Source of the DNA: the human T2T-CHM13v2.0 reference genome, Homo sapiens
Reading direction: 5' to 3' (one strand)
Assembly: GCF_009914755.1 (NCBI RefSeq)
Contig: NC_060930.1
Length of the DNA: 64,000 nucleotides
Shown: piece by piece, positions 15,021 to 27,453 of the stretch
How the letters are laid out: each line of letters starts with the position of its first letter
Numbering within the stretch: position 1 is the stretch's first letter
Position numbers and translations under genes: made by a program
The notes under the pieces: generated by a model
The model's database searches: none
Seen by the model: the letters and a program-made list of their open reading frames with translations, nothing else
Told to the model about the DNA's origin: nothing

Positions 15021-16043
15021 TTTTCAACAGTAAGAAATATCATGCATCAGTTAACCTGGCCATGTGGGAAACCGGACAGGTGCCGCAGAGGAAGAGGTGG
15101 GTCAGGGTGCTGGGCAGGTTGGAAAGGGCGTGGTCGGCTGGGGCCTCATTGAGAAGCTGATGTGTGAGCCCAGCTGGAAGGTGGTGAGGGAAGGGGTTCC
15201 AGGAGGAGGGGATAGCCGTGAGAGGGGTCCAAGGACTTGCACCCAGGCCCGTGTGCCTGGAGTGGACTAGGAGGTGGGGGGTGACCCGGCCAGCTCACGG
15301 GCTGTTTAGGCCACTGACTTGGCTTCCAGTCTTCACAAAATGGGAAACATCAGTGACTCACATGATCTGACTTTTTTTTTTAAAGCTCACCCACATTTCA
15401 CGGCTATTTTCCCTGATGTGCTCTGGGAGGGCGGAGTGCCGTGGGACTGGCGAGCGCCTCCCTTCCTGCCTGTCGGCATGGACTTGCAACTGCAGGAGTG
15501 CATGGACTGAAGGACCACACGCACTCACAGCATGGCTGGGGCCTCCAGGGCCAGCTCCTCCAGCAGGACGGGTCCTCACTCATTCCCGAGAAATGAAACT
15601 ATTCTGATAACGACTTTCCAAGAAAAAGTGCAAAATCTTGCTTGAATGATTCACTTCCTTTCTTCCTGTGATAGTTAATTTTATGTTAACTTGGCTGGGC
15701 CACATGGCCTGTTGCTTGGCCAAATCCCAGTCTAGATGTTGCTGTGAAGGCATTTTGTAGATGAGGATTAACGTTAGATCCGTCAACTTTCAGGAAAGCA
15801 GAGACCCTGTCCACGGTGTGGCTGGGCCTCATCCGATCAGTGGACGACTTCAAGAGAAAAAGGCTGAGGTCCTCTAAGGAAGAAGAAATCTGCTTCCCAA
15901 CAGCCTTCAGGCTCAAGCTGCAACACCAGCTCTTCCCTGGGCCTCCAGCCTGCCCTGCCTGCCCTGCAGCTTTTCCACATGCCAGCACAGTTGTGTGAGC
16001 CGGTTCCTTAAAAGCTGTCTCTCTAGATACATATAGTCACATA

Positions 16044-16363
16044 CAGTGAGCCCTCCATATCCATGGACTCCACATCCCTGGATTCAACCAGCCTTGTTGG
16101 ATTAAAATATTTAGAAATAAAATGTCTGCACTGAACACCTCAAGACCTTTTTCTTGTCATTATTTCCTAAAAAATGCAGTATTTACATAGCGTTTACATC
16201 GTATTAGGTATTATAAGTAATTATAATGACAATTTAAAGTATACAGGAGGATGTGCATAGGTTACATGCAAATACCACATCATTTTATATCAGGGACTTG
16301 AACGTCGGTGGACTCTGGTATCCATGAGAGGTCCTACAGAGCTCTACCCCATGAGGGACACTG
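16044..16363 (+). mobile_element. MER2-like TcMar-Tigger element
   Basis: TA|cagtgagccctccatatccatgg...ggattcaacc ... gagggacactg|TA. Internal tatttacatagcgtttacatcgtattaggtattataagtaat. Confidence 0.8.
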
Positions 16364-17455
16364 TATATATGTGCATTTGTGTTCATATGCGTAATGTGTT
16401 TGTGTGTGTGTGTAAATGCGGGTATATTTGTATATGCATGTGTTTGTATATATGTGTGATGTGTGCGCGTTTGTGTATGTGTGTGTTTGTATGTGTATGT
16501 TTGTGTTTGAGTGTATATGCATGGGTATATATGTGTATTTGTGTATGTGTTTTTGTACATCTGTATTTGTATATCCGTGTGTGTGTTTGTATATCTATGT
16601 GTTTTGTGTGTGTTTGTATACCCATGTGTGTTTATGTGTGTTTGTGTATGTGTAGCTGTTTGTGTGGGTGTTTGTATATGTGTGTGTTTGTGTATGTGTG
16701 TTTGTATAGCTATGTGTGTGTATTAATATGTGTATGTATTTCTGTGGGTGTGTTTGTGTTTGTGTACGTGTGTATGTGTGTGTCTCTCTGTGTGTATGTA
16801 TGTGTGTGTCCATGTGTGTCTGTGTATATGTTTATGTTTGTGTGTCTGTGTGTTTGTATATCCGTGTGTCTCTATGTGTATATATGTGTATCTGTGTATG
16901 TGTGTGTGTCTCTGTGTGTATATGTGTCTTTGTGTGTCTGTGTGTCTCTCTTTGTGTGTGTGTATTATCCATATGTGTCTGTGTATGAGTGGGTGTATGT
17001 CTGTGTGTGTGTGTCTGTGTATGTGTGTGTCTCTGTACATCTTTGTGTGTGTTTGTATATCCCTGTGTGTGTGTTTGCGTGTGTCTCTCTCTGTGTGTAT
17101 GTGTCTCTCTGTGTGTATATGTGTATGTCTGTGTGTGTTTGTGTGTTTATATGTCCGTGTGTATGTGTTTGCCTGTGTCTGTGTGTTTATGTGTCTGTGT
17201 ATGTGTGTGTATGTCTGTGTGTGTCTGTGTGTCTCTGTGTGTATGTGTATGTCTGTGTGTGTCTGTGTGTGTATGTATGTGTGTATGTGTGTGTAGGTCT
17301 GTGTGTCTGTCTGTGTCTATATCTGTGTATGTATATGTGTGTATGTGTGTGTATATGTGTGTGTGTATGTGTGTATCTGTGAATGTGTATCGGTGTGTCT
17401 GTGTATGTGTGTGTGTCTCTGTGTGTGTGCAGTTGTGTGTGCATGTGTGTGCATA
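16364..17455 (+). repeat. ~1.1-kb degenerate (TG/TGTA/TCTG)n low-complexity array
   Basis: Directly visible; accounts for the Val/Cys-rich and His/Thr-rich pseudo-ORFs. Confidence 0.95.
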
Positions 17456-18974
17456 TCTTTCCTTCTGTTTGTTTCTCAGGATAACCCTGGCTACTATACT
17501 TCCCTATGATTCTTCCCGTTATGAAGCCACCACCTTTGTACTCAGACCTTCTTTTCTGTATTCTTGAAAAAAAAAATCATTTTAAGAAGCGATAACATTT
17601 TGGCATTTCTTTTTAAATTTCAAACTGGAAGTGTGAAGGCTCAAATCCTCATAACCCCTTCATTGGATTTTAAAATAAAGTTGTTAACCCCGCTCCCTGC
17701 TTCTATTCTGCCCGCTGCTTGGAAACAGTTTTCCCTCCTTCCACTTCCCATGCCACCCGGTCCCCAGCCCGTGTCGCTGGCAGCATTCATCTCAAGCCTC
17801 TCCCTGCGCTGGATCACAACCCGCTTCCGCCCACACTCAGCATCTCCCTCTCTTTCTCTCTTTGTACTAACAAGTTTTGTGCATTTGCTCTTACCAAAAA
17901 AGAAAAAAATATCTTTTTGAATGATAAATGAGCATGCACATTCTTTTTAACATGTGGCAGAAATTCTATCCTAGCAACAGCCACCAAATCAACTGTCATC
18001 CAGCAAGGATCTCTGCTCTCTTTGCTTCTGGAAAGAGACTAGAAACAGGCAGACTCTTCCGATTCGTGTATGTTAAGGAATGCATTATTAGATGAAAGGA
18101 GATGGGACGTTGTCTAGAAAAATCATCCCATTGATTTAATTCATGTGGAGGTTCTGGATTCTCCTAAGGATATTTTGAAAACATACCACACATGAGAGAC
18201 ATTTAAAGTACTCAACAGGTGGTCAGTTTAGGTAATTGTGGCATTGGGTGTTCAGGATAAGGGGTGCCCCATGGATCATCTCAGTTTATCTTCAGGACAG
18301 CCTCATCAGGTAGGTAGGACAGGGCTCATCTGCATATCAGGTAAAGTGATTAGAAAAGAGTGAGAAAATATAGCTCTATTTAAGAACTAATGTCGGCAGA
18401 TAAATGCTGGTTTAAACCCAGATAACCAGATCATTTCCTTCATGTTCTGTATGCTACAATGGATACTGGCAGAAAAGCAGTAGGTTCTCAAAGTGGATAC
18501 CAAGAAGTTGGAAAGAACCTTCTTCTAAACTTCCTGCCAAGCCCAGAGAAGGATTCTGGACTGGAAAGACTGCCTGGAAAGGGGAAATCTGGATTCTCAC
18601 CGGCCGCTACCTCCCAGCCCTTGAGGAGGTGTGGCACCGCCCCCTCCTCCTGACAGGCCTCCTGGAGAGGCTGCGGTCAGGCGTGCCTGGCCCCACACTG
18701 TCACAGCACAGGAACGCCGGGAAGCACTTCACAGTCCCCTTCAGGTCAAAGGCTGATCTCTTACACTTTGGAAAAATAGATACAGTTGAGCCCATGAAGT
18801 TGCTGATTTTTAAGTGTTTGCGACCTACAGAAACGGTTCAAGCCTCATCCATCGCTGTGATGTCTTTCTCTCTCCTTGTAAGACAAAGGGCCACAAGATT
18901 TCCTGGGTCTAATTTAGGAATGTGGGGAGAAGAGTGTGAAAAGTGGCATTTCTGGAATAGTCTTTATCTTATGG

Positions 18975-19240
18975 TCACCATGGATACTGTGGGTCCCCAT
19001 GGTGGGCACTGCTGGCTACTGTGGGGTGTCTGGGGTGGGTGCTGTTGAGTACTCTGGGACTCCCATGGTGGACATTGTTGAGTATTTGGGGTACCTATGG
19101 TGGGTGCTGCTGGTTATTATGAGGCACCCATGGTAGGTGCTGTTGGGTGCTATGGGGTACCCATGGTGGGAACTGTTGGGTACTGTTGGGTACTGTGGGG
19201 TACCCATGTGGGTGCTACTGGGTATTTTTAGGTACACCAT
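18975..19240 (+). repeat. Degenerate ~33-bp minisatellite, about 8 copies
   Basis: The cccatggtgg anchor recurs at ~18996, 19062, 19094, 19127, 19160 and 19203. Unit approximately ggtacccatggtgggtgctgttgggtactgtgg. Confidence 0.75.
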
Positions 19241-19755
19241 TGCAACTGAGATGGAAAAAGAAAACAGCCATGGATCGTGAGCTCTCGTTTGTCTCTTAAG
19301 GAACTTAACATCTAATTGGGAGGTTGTGAAAAAAAAATCACCATGAAAATTCCTCTGTAATATTTTGGGAGTAATATCACAAAAAGAGAATAAAGGCGGA
19401 ATTCAATATGTTGTAGGTTCTATAATTCAAGTGAGTTGCTGCCACAAAAGCAAGAAGGATCACCATTCAGCTGTAGCAACCTCCACGGAGGAAACAAGAG
19501 AGGAAATGAGATGTTCTCCATTCTGCCAGAAGGCAAACTTCCAGCTACAATCGGAGGTACTTTCTCTGCAGGTAAGCACCTCTCCAGTGCAATGAGAACA
19601 AAAGATAAATGGAGTCTTGTTTATATAAATTGACCTTGAACTTGAGTCATAATCCACAGACAATTTTTAAGTAAAGATAGAGGAATCTTGGACAATTTCT
19701 ACCACTGTGTAACACATATACACAAAAATGCATCCTTTTAAAAATACTCATTACC

Positions 19756-20030
19756 AGCCAGGAGCGGGGGCTCAGGTCTGTAATCCCAGCACTTTGGGAG
19801 GCCGAGGCGGGCAGATCACTTGAGGTCAAGCGTTCGAGACCAGCCTGGCCAACATGGTGAAACCCCATCTCTACTAAAAATACAAAAATTAGCCGGGTGT
19901 GGTGGCGGGCGCCTGTAATCCCAGCTACTATCGCTCGAACCCTGAAGGCGGAGGTTGCAGGGAGCCGAGGTTGTGCCATTGCACTCCAGCCTGGGTGACA
20001 GAGCGAGACTCCATCTAAACAAACAAACAA
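19756..20030 (+). mobile_element. Alu (AluS-like) with a ~20-bp right-arm deletion
   Basis: Alu consensus; TSD aaaatactcattacc at 19741-19755 and 20031-20045. Confidence 0.95.
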
Positions 20031-20528
20031 AAAATACTCATTACCTTCTGCCTGCATTCATCTACTTCCCTTATATGTTTTAGGGTGGCCAGCTTGAAGA
20101 AAAATGCTTTTATGTGCTAATATCTTTACATTGCTGAAGAGCCCATAATTTCAAAGACTCTCAAGTTACTTTGTAAATTGCATATGAAGACGTCCTAGAA
20201 AGTATGTATAGGAGACTGTCCATCTTATCACAGTATAGACCAACTTTTCAATCTTCCTGTTTGATGGCAACGCCTGTGTTTACAGAGCGCTGCAGGGGGT
20301 AGTTCACCTCATCCAAGATGCCTGTGTGGTACGTATCAGCATCCATCTGATTAAATCACTTTTCCAGATGGTCAACAAATATATTTGCTGTGCAAAAAGG
20401 AATTTAAGAAGCCTGTTTCCTGATACTTAGTTTCGTATGGCTATAGAAAAACAGACAAGTTGAAAAGAAAATTTCAAAATTACTCTTTTTAGGCATCAAC
20501 CCTAACCTCAATAATTGTCTTGGGAAAA

Positions 20529-20570
20529 TGTGTGTGTGTGTGTGTGTGTGTGTGTGTCTGTGTCTGTGTG
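20529..20570 (+). repeat. (TG)n microsatellite
   Basis: Directly visible. Confidence 0.9.
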
Positions 20571-20584
20571 CATTTTCCCTTAAA

Positions 20585-20730
20585 GCAATGGTGCAGAACC
20601 ATCTGGAGAACTTAAAAACAGACCTCCCCCTCCTCCGAGTTTCTGATTCAGTAGATCTGGAGTAGTGCTGAAAACCTGCATTTCTAACAACCTCCCAGGG
20701 GATACCGATGCTGCCGGTCTAGCACAAGGC
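20585..20730. mobile_element. MER5A-like hAT-Charlie fragment
   Basis: gtttctgattcagtagatctgg...ctgcatttctaacaacctcccagg.gat.ccgatgctgccggtc. Confidence 0.65.
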
Positions 20731-21229
20731 TACCACTTCTTTGAAGCCATAAAGGAATCTACAATTATTTTATATAGTTTTTTCCTTTTTCTAAAAAAAG
20801 CAAATTGTGAACCAAGCCTGCATTTGTAATGAAGTGTTTTGAAATACACTGGCTGTTTACTCAAAATCACCTCTTGTCTGTAGGTCACAGGCACTGTACC
20901 CTGAATGGGTTGGTTTTACAAACTGCTCCTAGTCCTTCTAATAAGTGAGCTGGCTACTAGAGGAAGTGAGAAGCTCAGAGAGGCTCACTGAGATTCTAAG
21001 CCAACCTGATGGTGGTAGGGCCATTTGTATTAATGATAAATGAGTTTAATTTTTCTGAAATTATGTGTCGTCATCAAAGGAGGGTAGGATGCCTCACAGA
21101 ACAGTGGGTGAAATTTTGTTGACTATATTTCATATAGCTATCGTGAACGCCCTCTAAGTCGTCCTTGTTCTGGTTTTAACATGTTGATTTCCCACCAATC
21201 TATAAAAGTAGCCAACTGTATCTCTTACT

Positions 21230-21904
21230 TGAGACTGAAGGTTTTTATTCCCCAACCCCAAATTTATATCTTGTTGTCTTTTTAAGTTACGGTCTCACTC
21301 TGTCACCCAGGCTGGAGTGCAGTGGCTGCGATCACGGCTCACTGCAGCCTCAACCACAGGGTTCAGGTGATCCTCCTGCCTCAGCCTCCTGGGTAGTTGG
21401 GACCACAGACATGCACCACCACACACAGCTAATTTTTTACATTTTTTGGTAGGGCTGGGGTCTTGCCATGTTGCCCTGGTTGGTCTCAAACTCCTGAGTT
21501 CAAGCAATCCACCCGCCTCAGCTTCCCAAAGTGCTGAGATTACAGGTGTGAGCCGTTGTGCCCAGCCCCAAATTTATATCTTAAAATACTAACCCTATAC
21601 ATGATGGTATTAGGAGGTAGGGCTTTTGGGAGGTGATAAGGTTGTGAAGGTGGAGCCCTCATAAATGGGATTAGTGCCTTCATAAAGAGACGCCAGAGGC
21701 CCCCTTTGCCTCTCTGCCATGTGAGGATACCATAAAAAGACGGCTATCTACGAACCAGAAAGCCAGCCCTCACCAGGCACCAAATCTGCCAGCCCCTTGA
21801 TCTCAGACTTCCCAGCATCCAGAACCGTGAAAAATGAATGTCTGTTGTTTATAACTCGCCAAGTTTATGGCACTTTGTTGTAGCAGCCTGAATGGACTAA
21901 GCCA
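21230..21904 (+). mobile_element. MLT1A-like MaLR LTR interrupted by an Alu
   Basis: gatggtattaggaggtagggcttttgggaggtgat...ggagccctcataaatgggattagtgcc...gacttcccagcatccagaaccgtga...tagcagcctgaatggactaag. Confidence 0.75.
21273..21567 (-). mobile_element. Alu (AluJ-like)
   Basis: Antisense Alu with J-type features; TSD ccaaatttatatctt at 21258-21272 and 21568-21582. Confidence 0.9.
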
Positions 21905-22019
21905 TCTATAGACCATATTTACCATCAACAGGGAACGTGAAGATCATCACTGACAAAGATCTAGAATCTGCTGGTCATCGGTTTGTACATCCCCACTTCC
22001 AGCACACTGTACCTGCACC

Positions 22020-22252
22020 TTCAGGTCTGGGTTAGGTACCCCTTTCATTTGCCCCCACAGACACCTAAACTTCTCTCCATCATGTCATTCAACTTGTGTT
22101 AAAATTGTCTGTTCATTGTGTCGTTCCCCCACCGGAATGTAAAAGTGCGTGTGGGCAGAGGCCAGGCCTGCATAGACGGTTGCACCTTCAACATTCAGCA
22201 CAGCTCCTAGCACATGGTGCGTACTCACAAAATTATTTGTTGAATGAATGAA
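22020..22252 (+). mobile_element. L2 3' fragment
   Basis: Ends cagcacagctcctagcacatggtgcgtactcacaaaattatttgttgaatgaatgaa. Confidence 0.6.
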
Positions 22253-23039
22253 CAGCAGGAAGGAAAGAAGACTGAAGAGGGAGAGAATAATTCAAAGGCT
22301 GAGTTCTCTGAAAGGGATTACCTTACAGAGGCCTGTGCAGCGCTCTCCAGTGAGGAGTGGAAGGATGCATTGAATAACAGCATGGGCAAAAAGAACACTA
22401 TTCAGAATATACCAAAGGCCTTCGGGTGGGCATCAGAGACATGGGCTTCCAGGAAACTGCCCAGCCAACGAGAATCCCAGGAGGAGAAATCAGAAAGGAC
22501 TTATTTAAACAACAACAAAAAGTGTGTGTGCAGACACATACACAGATGCTCAAGCACACACACACACGCGCTCACACACAACTAAGACATCAACAAGCTA
22601 TCTTTGCAGTCACGTTTCTCTACATATGCTGTGGGTGTGGGAGAGATGGGTTCATCTGGGATGTGTTTCATTTGAGATCTTGGTGAGGTCATTTTTGTTC
22701 CAAATAACTGAATATTAAGTGCCATGTTTTATCACAGCTTTCTAAATGGCATGCCTTCCAAAGCATATCATAAACCTCCCTGACCATATGAGGTAGGCTT
22801 GCAATACAAGCCACAGTCTCCTGGAGGCCCCTGAGCTGCCAGGCTGAGCCTCACACAGGAGGGCTGGAGAGTGCGGCAGTGCAGGGCAGTGAACCAAAGA
22901 TGGTACCTTTGTACGTCACCGATTGAAAATGTCACTCATCAAGCTTTTCATTATGTTTCTGTTGCTTACTCTTTCCCACACCTCTCCACGACTTCCATGA
23001 CCGGTGTCCTAGGAACCCCCAGGCATCATCCTAGCCCTC

Positions 23040-23550
23040 TCAGTTCTGGCCACACCACCTCCTGGCTATTCCTCAGATATACCAGGTACTGAGACGGAAG
23101 CCTTGAGGCCTGAACACCTGCTGTTCCCTCTGTCTGGAAGGCTTTCTGCCTAGAGTCCCAAATTCTCCTCCTCCTTCAGATTTTTCTCAAAACTCATGTT
23201 TGCAGTGAGGCCTTCCCAGACCACACTATTTAAAAGTACAAGGCTCTCTCCTCTCTACTCTTCCTATTTCCTCCCCTGCCTCCTTCTTGTCTGTAATGCT
23301 TATCAGCACCTGGCATGCTCTATGTGTAATTATTTACTTCCTTGGTCTCCTCTCGCTAAGATCCCAGAGGGCAGGGATATTTGTATTTTGCTCACTGCTA
23401 TACCCCAGAACATAGGACTGCCTGGTCCATATGGACACACAATCAATAATTGTTCAAAAAATGTTTGTGTCTACTGTGGATGGGCACCATTCCAGCCATG
23501 CACCTGGAGATAAATAAATATTTGTTCATCGAATAAGTGAACGAATTGAT
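23040..23550 (+). mobile_element. L2a 3' fragment
   Basis: ctgctgttccctctgtctggaa, cagtgaggccttccc, taagatcccagagggcagggat...ctcactgctatacccca, tail tttgttcatcgaataagtgaacgaa. Confidence 0.65.
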
Positions 23551-25262
23551 GTCTCCAAAATAACGCCTCAGGTCTCACAATGAAGCCGCCATCTCCTGGG
23601 TGGCTCCTTTCCTGTTTGGCAAGCTATGGTCGCGGCTGCCATCACTGCTATGTGAGTTGCATTGGCATTTCATTGGATGCATGGGCAACACGACCCATTA
23701 TTTATGAGTCACCACACGGTGGCCGAGGCGCTGAGCTGCCTCTCACCTTACTGTGCTACTTGTACTAGGTCTTCCAGTGGTGTGAGAAGGAGAAACTTCA
23801 AGAACCTCTATTTGGGTATTTTTGTGATATTTCCCCACAGGCCACATTCAAAGGTTACATGCATATAATGAATGCATGCAGTTTGACTTTTAACAAAACA
23901 TATTTTCTTATGAAAATTACAATGAAAGTTCCATATAGTGTTTGATAATTTTAAATTTCTTTCAAAATCTCCTCTGTCATGCATGGTCTCAAGATTTTGA
24001 ATAACACTGTGATCAACTGAACCAATAAAATAATTGTGAAAACCAGGAAGTGGACAGTGAGACGTCGACTTGACTTCCTTAAAGTTATATGAATGGCCAT
24101 CTAGAAATAGAATGCCTTTGTTAGCCCCAAGTAATACATCTGTCATTTCTGAAATTATTTTTTATTAGATGTATCTGCTAGTTTAAGAAATAGACTTAAA
24201 AAATCGCTATGTGATATAAACTACCTTGCTCTTTAGAATCCTTAGATACCTTTAAGAATTCTAGGAGAGTCAATTTTCCTCTTCATCAGGGGTTTAATTT
24301 TATGAATACCTGACTCATCAACACAGGTAAGAATATAGTAAACAATCCTGCTCTGTTTAAATCTTGTAGCAACTGACTCATGGGTGCCTATTAACATAGA
24401 CTTCAGAAAATTCACCAAAAGAGAACAATTTCATCAGCAGCATAAAACAGATCAAAATGGTGGCTTGTGCAGATGAGTCAAATGGAAAGGCTATTAAATG
24501 CATCCTTCTGCTTGGGGCTTTATTCTGTGTGTGTGTGTGTGTTTGGTGGTCAGCCTTCTTCTAAATGCTTCTTCTGTATGCTTCAGATTATGATTGCAAA
24601 GCAAACCAAGAGAAAATCGGACACACTGTTAACTGTGATTGAAATTAAATCAGGAAATTCTGCCTGTTCTTCTGCATTGGCTCAGAGCCAGGAATCCCTG
24701 CCTTTTCTTTGGAGGAAATGTTTTGTGTATGTTCCTGGCAGCTTCTCCATCACAGCCCACACTCCTCTTTTACCTGTGTACCCAACCATTGAAGGTGCAC
24801 TTCCTCACTATGAGAAAAGAAACTCCACAGAGGACCATCCACAATGCCTGACCTGGGGTGAGCCCAGCCAGATGCTGGCAAAATATATCCATGTCCTTGG
24901 AGGATGCTGGAGGGAGGAATGTTTTCAGATGCATTATATGGGCAAAGCACCGAAGGTCACAATGTTCTCTGTGAACACTCTTACATTTTGATATATAAAA
25001 TTTAAAAGTAGAATTTATAAGATGACATGACTGATTCAGTGTTATACAAGATTTGTATGGACGAGTGGTAACAGAAGCCATTAAGAAAAAAATTAATAAT
25101 AAAGAAATTACGTCCATGAGCCTAATTGTGTTTGTGAATGGGGAAAGAGATGGCCACTCTTCAGTGTGAATATTGGCTCACTGGGAGATGGGTTGAAAAT
25201 CACTGCAGTAGAATTCAGAGCTAGCTGCCTTTTAACCATTCTTCCCAATCTTAAATGTGCAT

Positions 25263-25265
<3 letters not shown>

Positions 25266-25303
<38 letters not shown>
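25266..25303 (+). repeat. (CA)n microsatellite
   Basis: Perfect AC run. Confidence 0.95.
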
Positions 25304-25305
<2 letters not shown>

Positions 25306-27339
25306 CTGTGTCTTTAGCATGCAATGAGGTGCATCCATGACAGCGCTCGCTACACTCCAAAGTGTGGGTCCTGAGATGTGATGCATTCAGAGTCTCAACC
25401 TTCAGACTCTCCGGTCTTTTGTGCTGGGGAATTGTGGGTGCCCAGGAAGTCTTTCCTGGTTGGATTTCCCTGTGCATCGGACTCTCCCTACACACCTTCT
25501 GCTTAGGCTTCCCCGTTCTCCTCTTTGCAGCGCTTGTTGTTGTTGGATGTCTCTTTTACTTTCCGCCTTCAGGTGTAACATCCTGTTGCTGTTGCTCTGG
25601 CAGGAGCTGTGGCCGCACTCCCAGAGACTAGTTCATGGGTTTTGATTTGAACACCACGGTGAGCACAGAGGTCTTGCAGGGGCAATGTTTAAAATCACAT
25701 AGAAGAAAAGCAGAGCACACTTTCTAAAACAAAGAACCACAAGGCCATAAGCAGTGTTTCCAATCGAATCATGAATTATGTTTGTATGGGTTCTTTTGCT
25801 TCCAACATTTTTTGGTAAGTGCATTTTATAAAACCCTCAGAGAGTGCAACAGCCATGAGCCATTTGGTTGAGAGCAGAAACACGAGCAGCTGCGTGACCG
25901 CCTCATTAGCCGGTCGGTCCTTACGGGCATGAGCGGCATCACGTGCCAGCACCTCCGCGGCTCATTTGGGACCCTGGCTCTTACCTAAACGTGTGAGCTG
26001 CAGAGCCACCTTCTCCACTAAATGCTATTATGTACGCTTCGGTAATGTTTGGGAAGATGTACAATAGCTTGATGTTAAGGAGAGTGACATGAATTATACT
26101 AGCTAAAACAATAGTTCTCTTAAATTACTTTTCAAATGTGTTCTGTTCAGATCGCTCTGCAGAAGAGCTGGGGAGAGACCTGGTAAAGTGTGGTAAGTTT
26201 CAGCACATGGAAAACAACTGAGAGCATGGCTGCTTCCCATCTCCCTCGCCTTCGTTTCCATCCGCCCACGCGGCCGCCTACACCCCCACTGCGCTCTGGC
26301 AGGAAGGGCCCCTCTGCCTGCGTCATGCCAGCCACGTCACCACCACAGCCGCTGGCAGCACAGCACCCAGAGGCACTGGGAGTTTCATATCCACGTGAGA
26401 AAGTTTCATATCCACATTGCTTGGGAAGGTTTCTTAACTAGGGAATCAATGTTATCAAAGGGAAGGAAGCTACAGACGGTTCCTTAACATGAAGGTAAAG
26501 GGTCACTACACTGTATGCCAGTCGGGTAAGAACTGCAGAGTCGCAACATTGAGAACACCGTGAGAAAAAAGTTTCAGCTCTGAACTATCACCCCATCTAC
26601 AGAGACAGACTTTAACTATTGTTTAACCAACTGGACTCTTCCACTAGTTCCATTAGCAAGGTGACTTTCAATGCTGACTCTCAGTATTTGGATAGTGTTA
26701 CCAAAGGAGCAACTGAAAAACGATTCTTTCTACAAGCACACAATACGAAGACCAACTAACATTTGTATAACGTGCCAAGCCTTACCTGTTCTACGCTGTT
26801 TTTATGCACTTCCTCTCACCCAGTCCTATGGAATACTGCTACTGGCTGCACATCCCCAGTGCACAGCCGTAGATGCAGAGGCTCCTAGAGAGGCTTTTAC
26901 TTTTTAAACAAACACTACATGGTGTTTACTCTTTGCCAGACATTATTTTAAGCCCTTCCCAAACTTTCGCACATTTAATCTTCAAACAGCCTGGTGAGGT
27001 GGGGCCTGGAAGCTTGAAATGTGGGGCCTGGAAGCTTGAGCACGCAGAGGTTGATGTGCTGTGGTCACAGTGGTCAGTGGCAAAGTTAGATGTGAACGAG
27101 GACGGCTCAACTGTGTGACTCCACGGCTCACGCCCAGAACTCCTACCCGAGGCCAGCACACGCACACCCCAAATGGAGGGACCACGTGGTGTTTTCTCAC
27201 CTGAGACATGGAAAACATGCCACAGGTGCCACGTAGAGATACACATTTTCCTATGGTAAAAGGGAGAATTCAAGGAGTTATGTCCACCCTCTATCTCTTC
27301 CTCCTCCTATAATGATACAGTTTAAAAAATCTAAAGAGA

Positions 27340-27453
27340 ATTGGTTTACACGCCTTTGAGACCAAGTCAAGAGATGATTGATTGGTTTACATGCCTTTGA
27401 GACCAAGTCAAGAGATGATTGGTTTACATGCCTTTCAGACCAAGTCAAGAGAG
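27340..27453 (+). repeat. Three-copy 37-41 bp tandem repeat
   Basis: attggtttaca(c/t)gccttt(g/c)agaccaagtcaagaga three times. Confidence 0.9.

Larger units (their letters stand above)
15667..17499 (+). mobile_element. MLT2 (ERVL) LTR split by a MER2 and an expanded TG-rich array
   Basis: 5' tgtgatagttaattttatgttaacttggctgggcc, body to ~16025. The 3' terminus ttctgtttgtttctcaggataaccctggctactatac lies at ~17463-17499. Confidence 0.7.

Noticed and set aside
16324-17567. 352-aa Cys/Val-rich ORF and related ORFs
   Set aside because: Translation of the TG-rich simple repeat.
19647-20057. Alu-derived ORFs (also 32415-32738, 37767-38015, 51564-51935, 56425-56688)
   Set aside because: Typical antisense-Alu translations.
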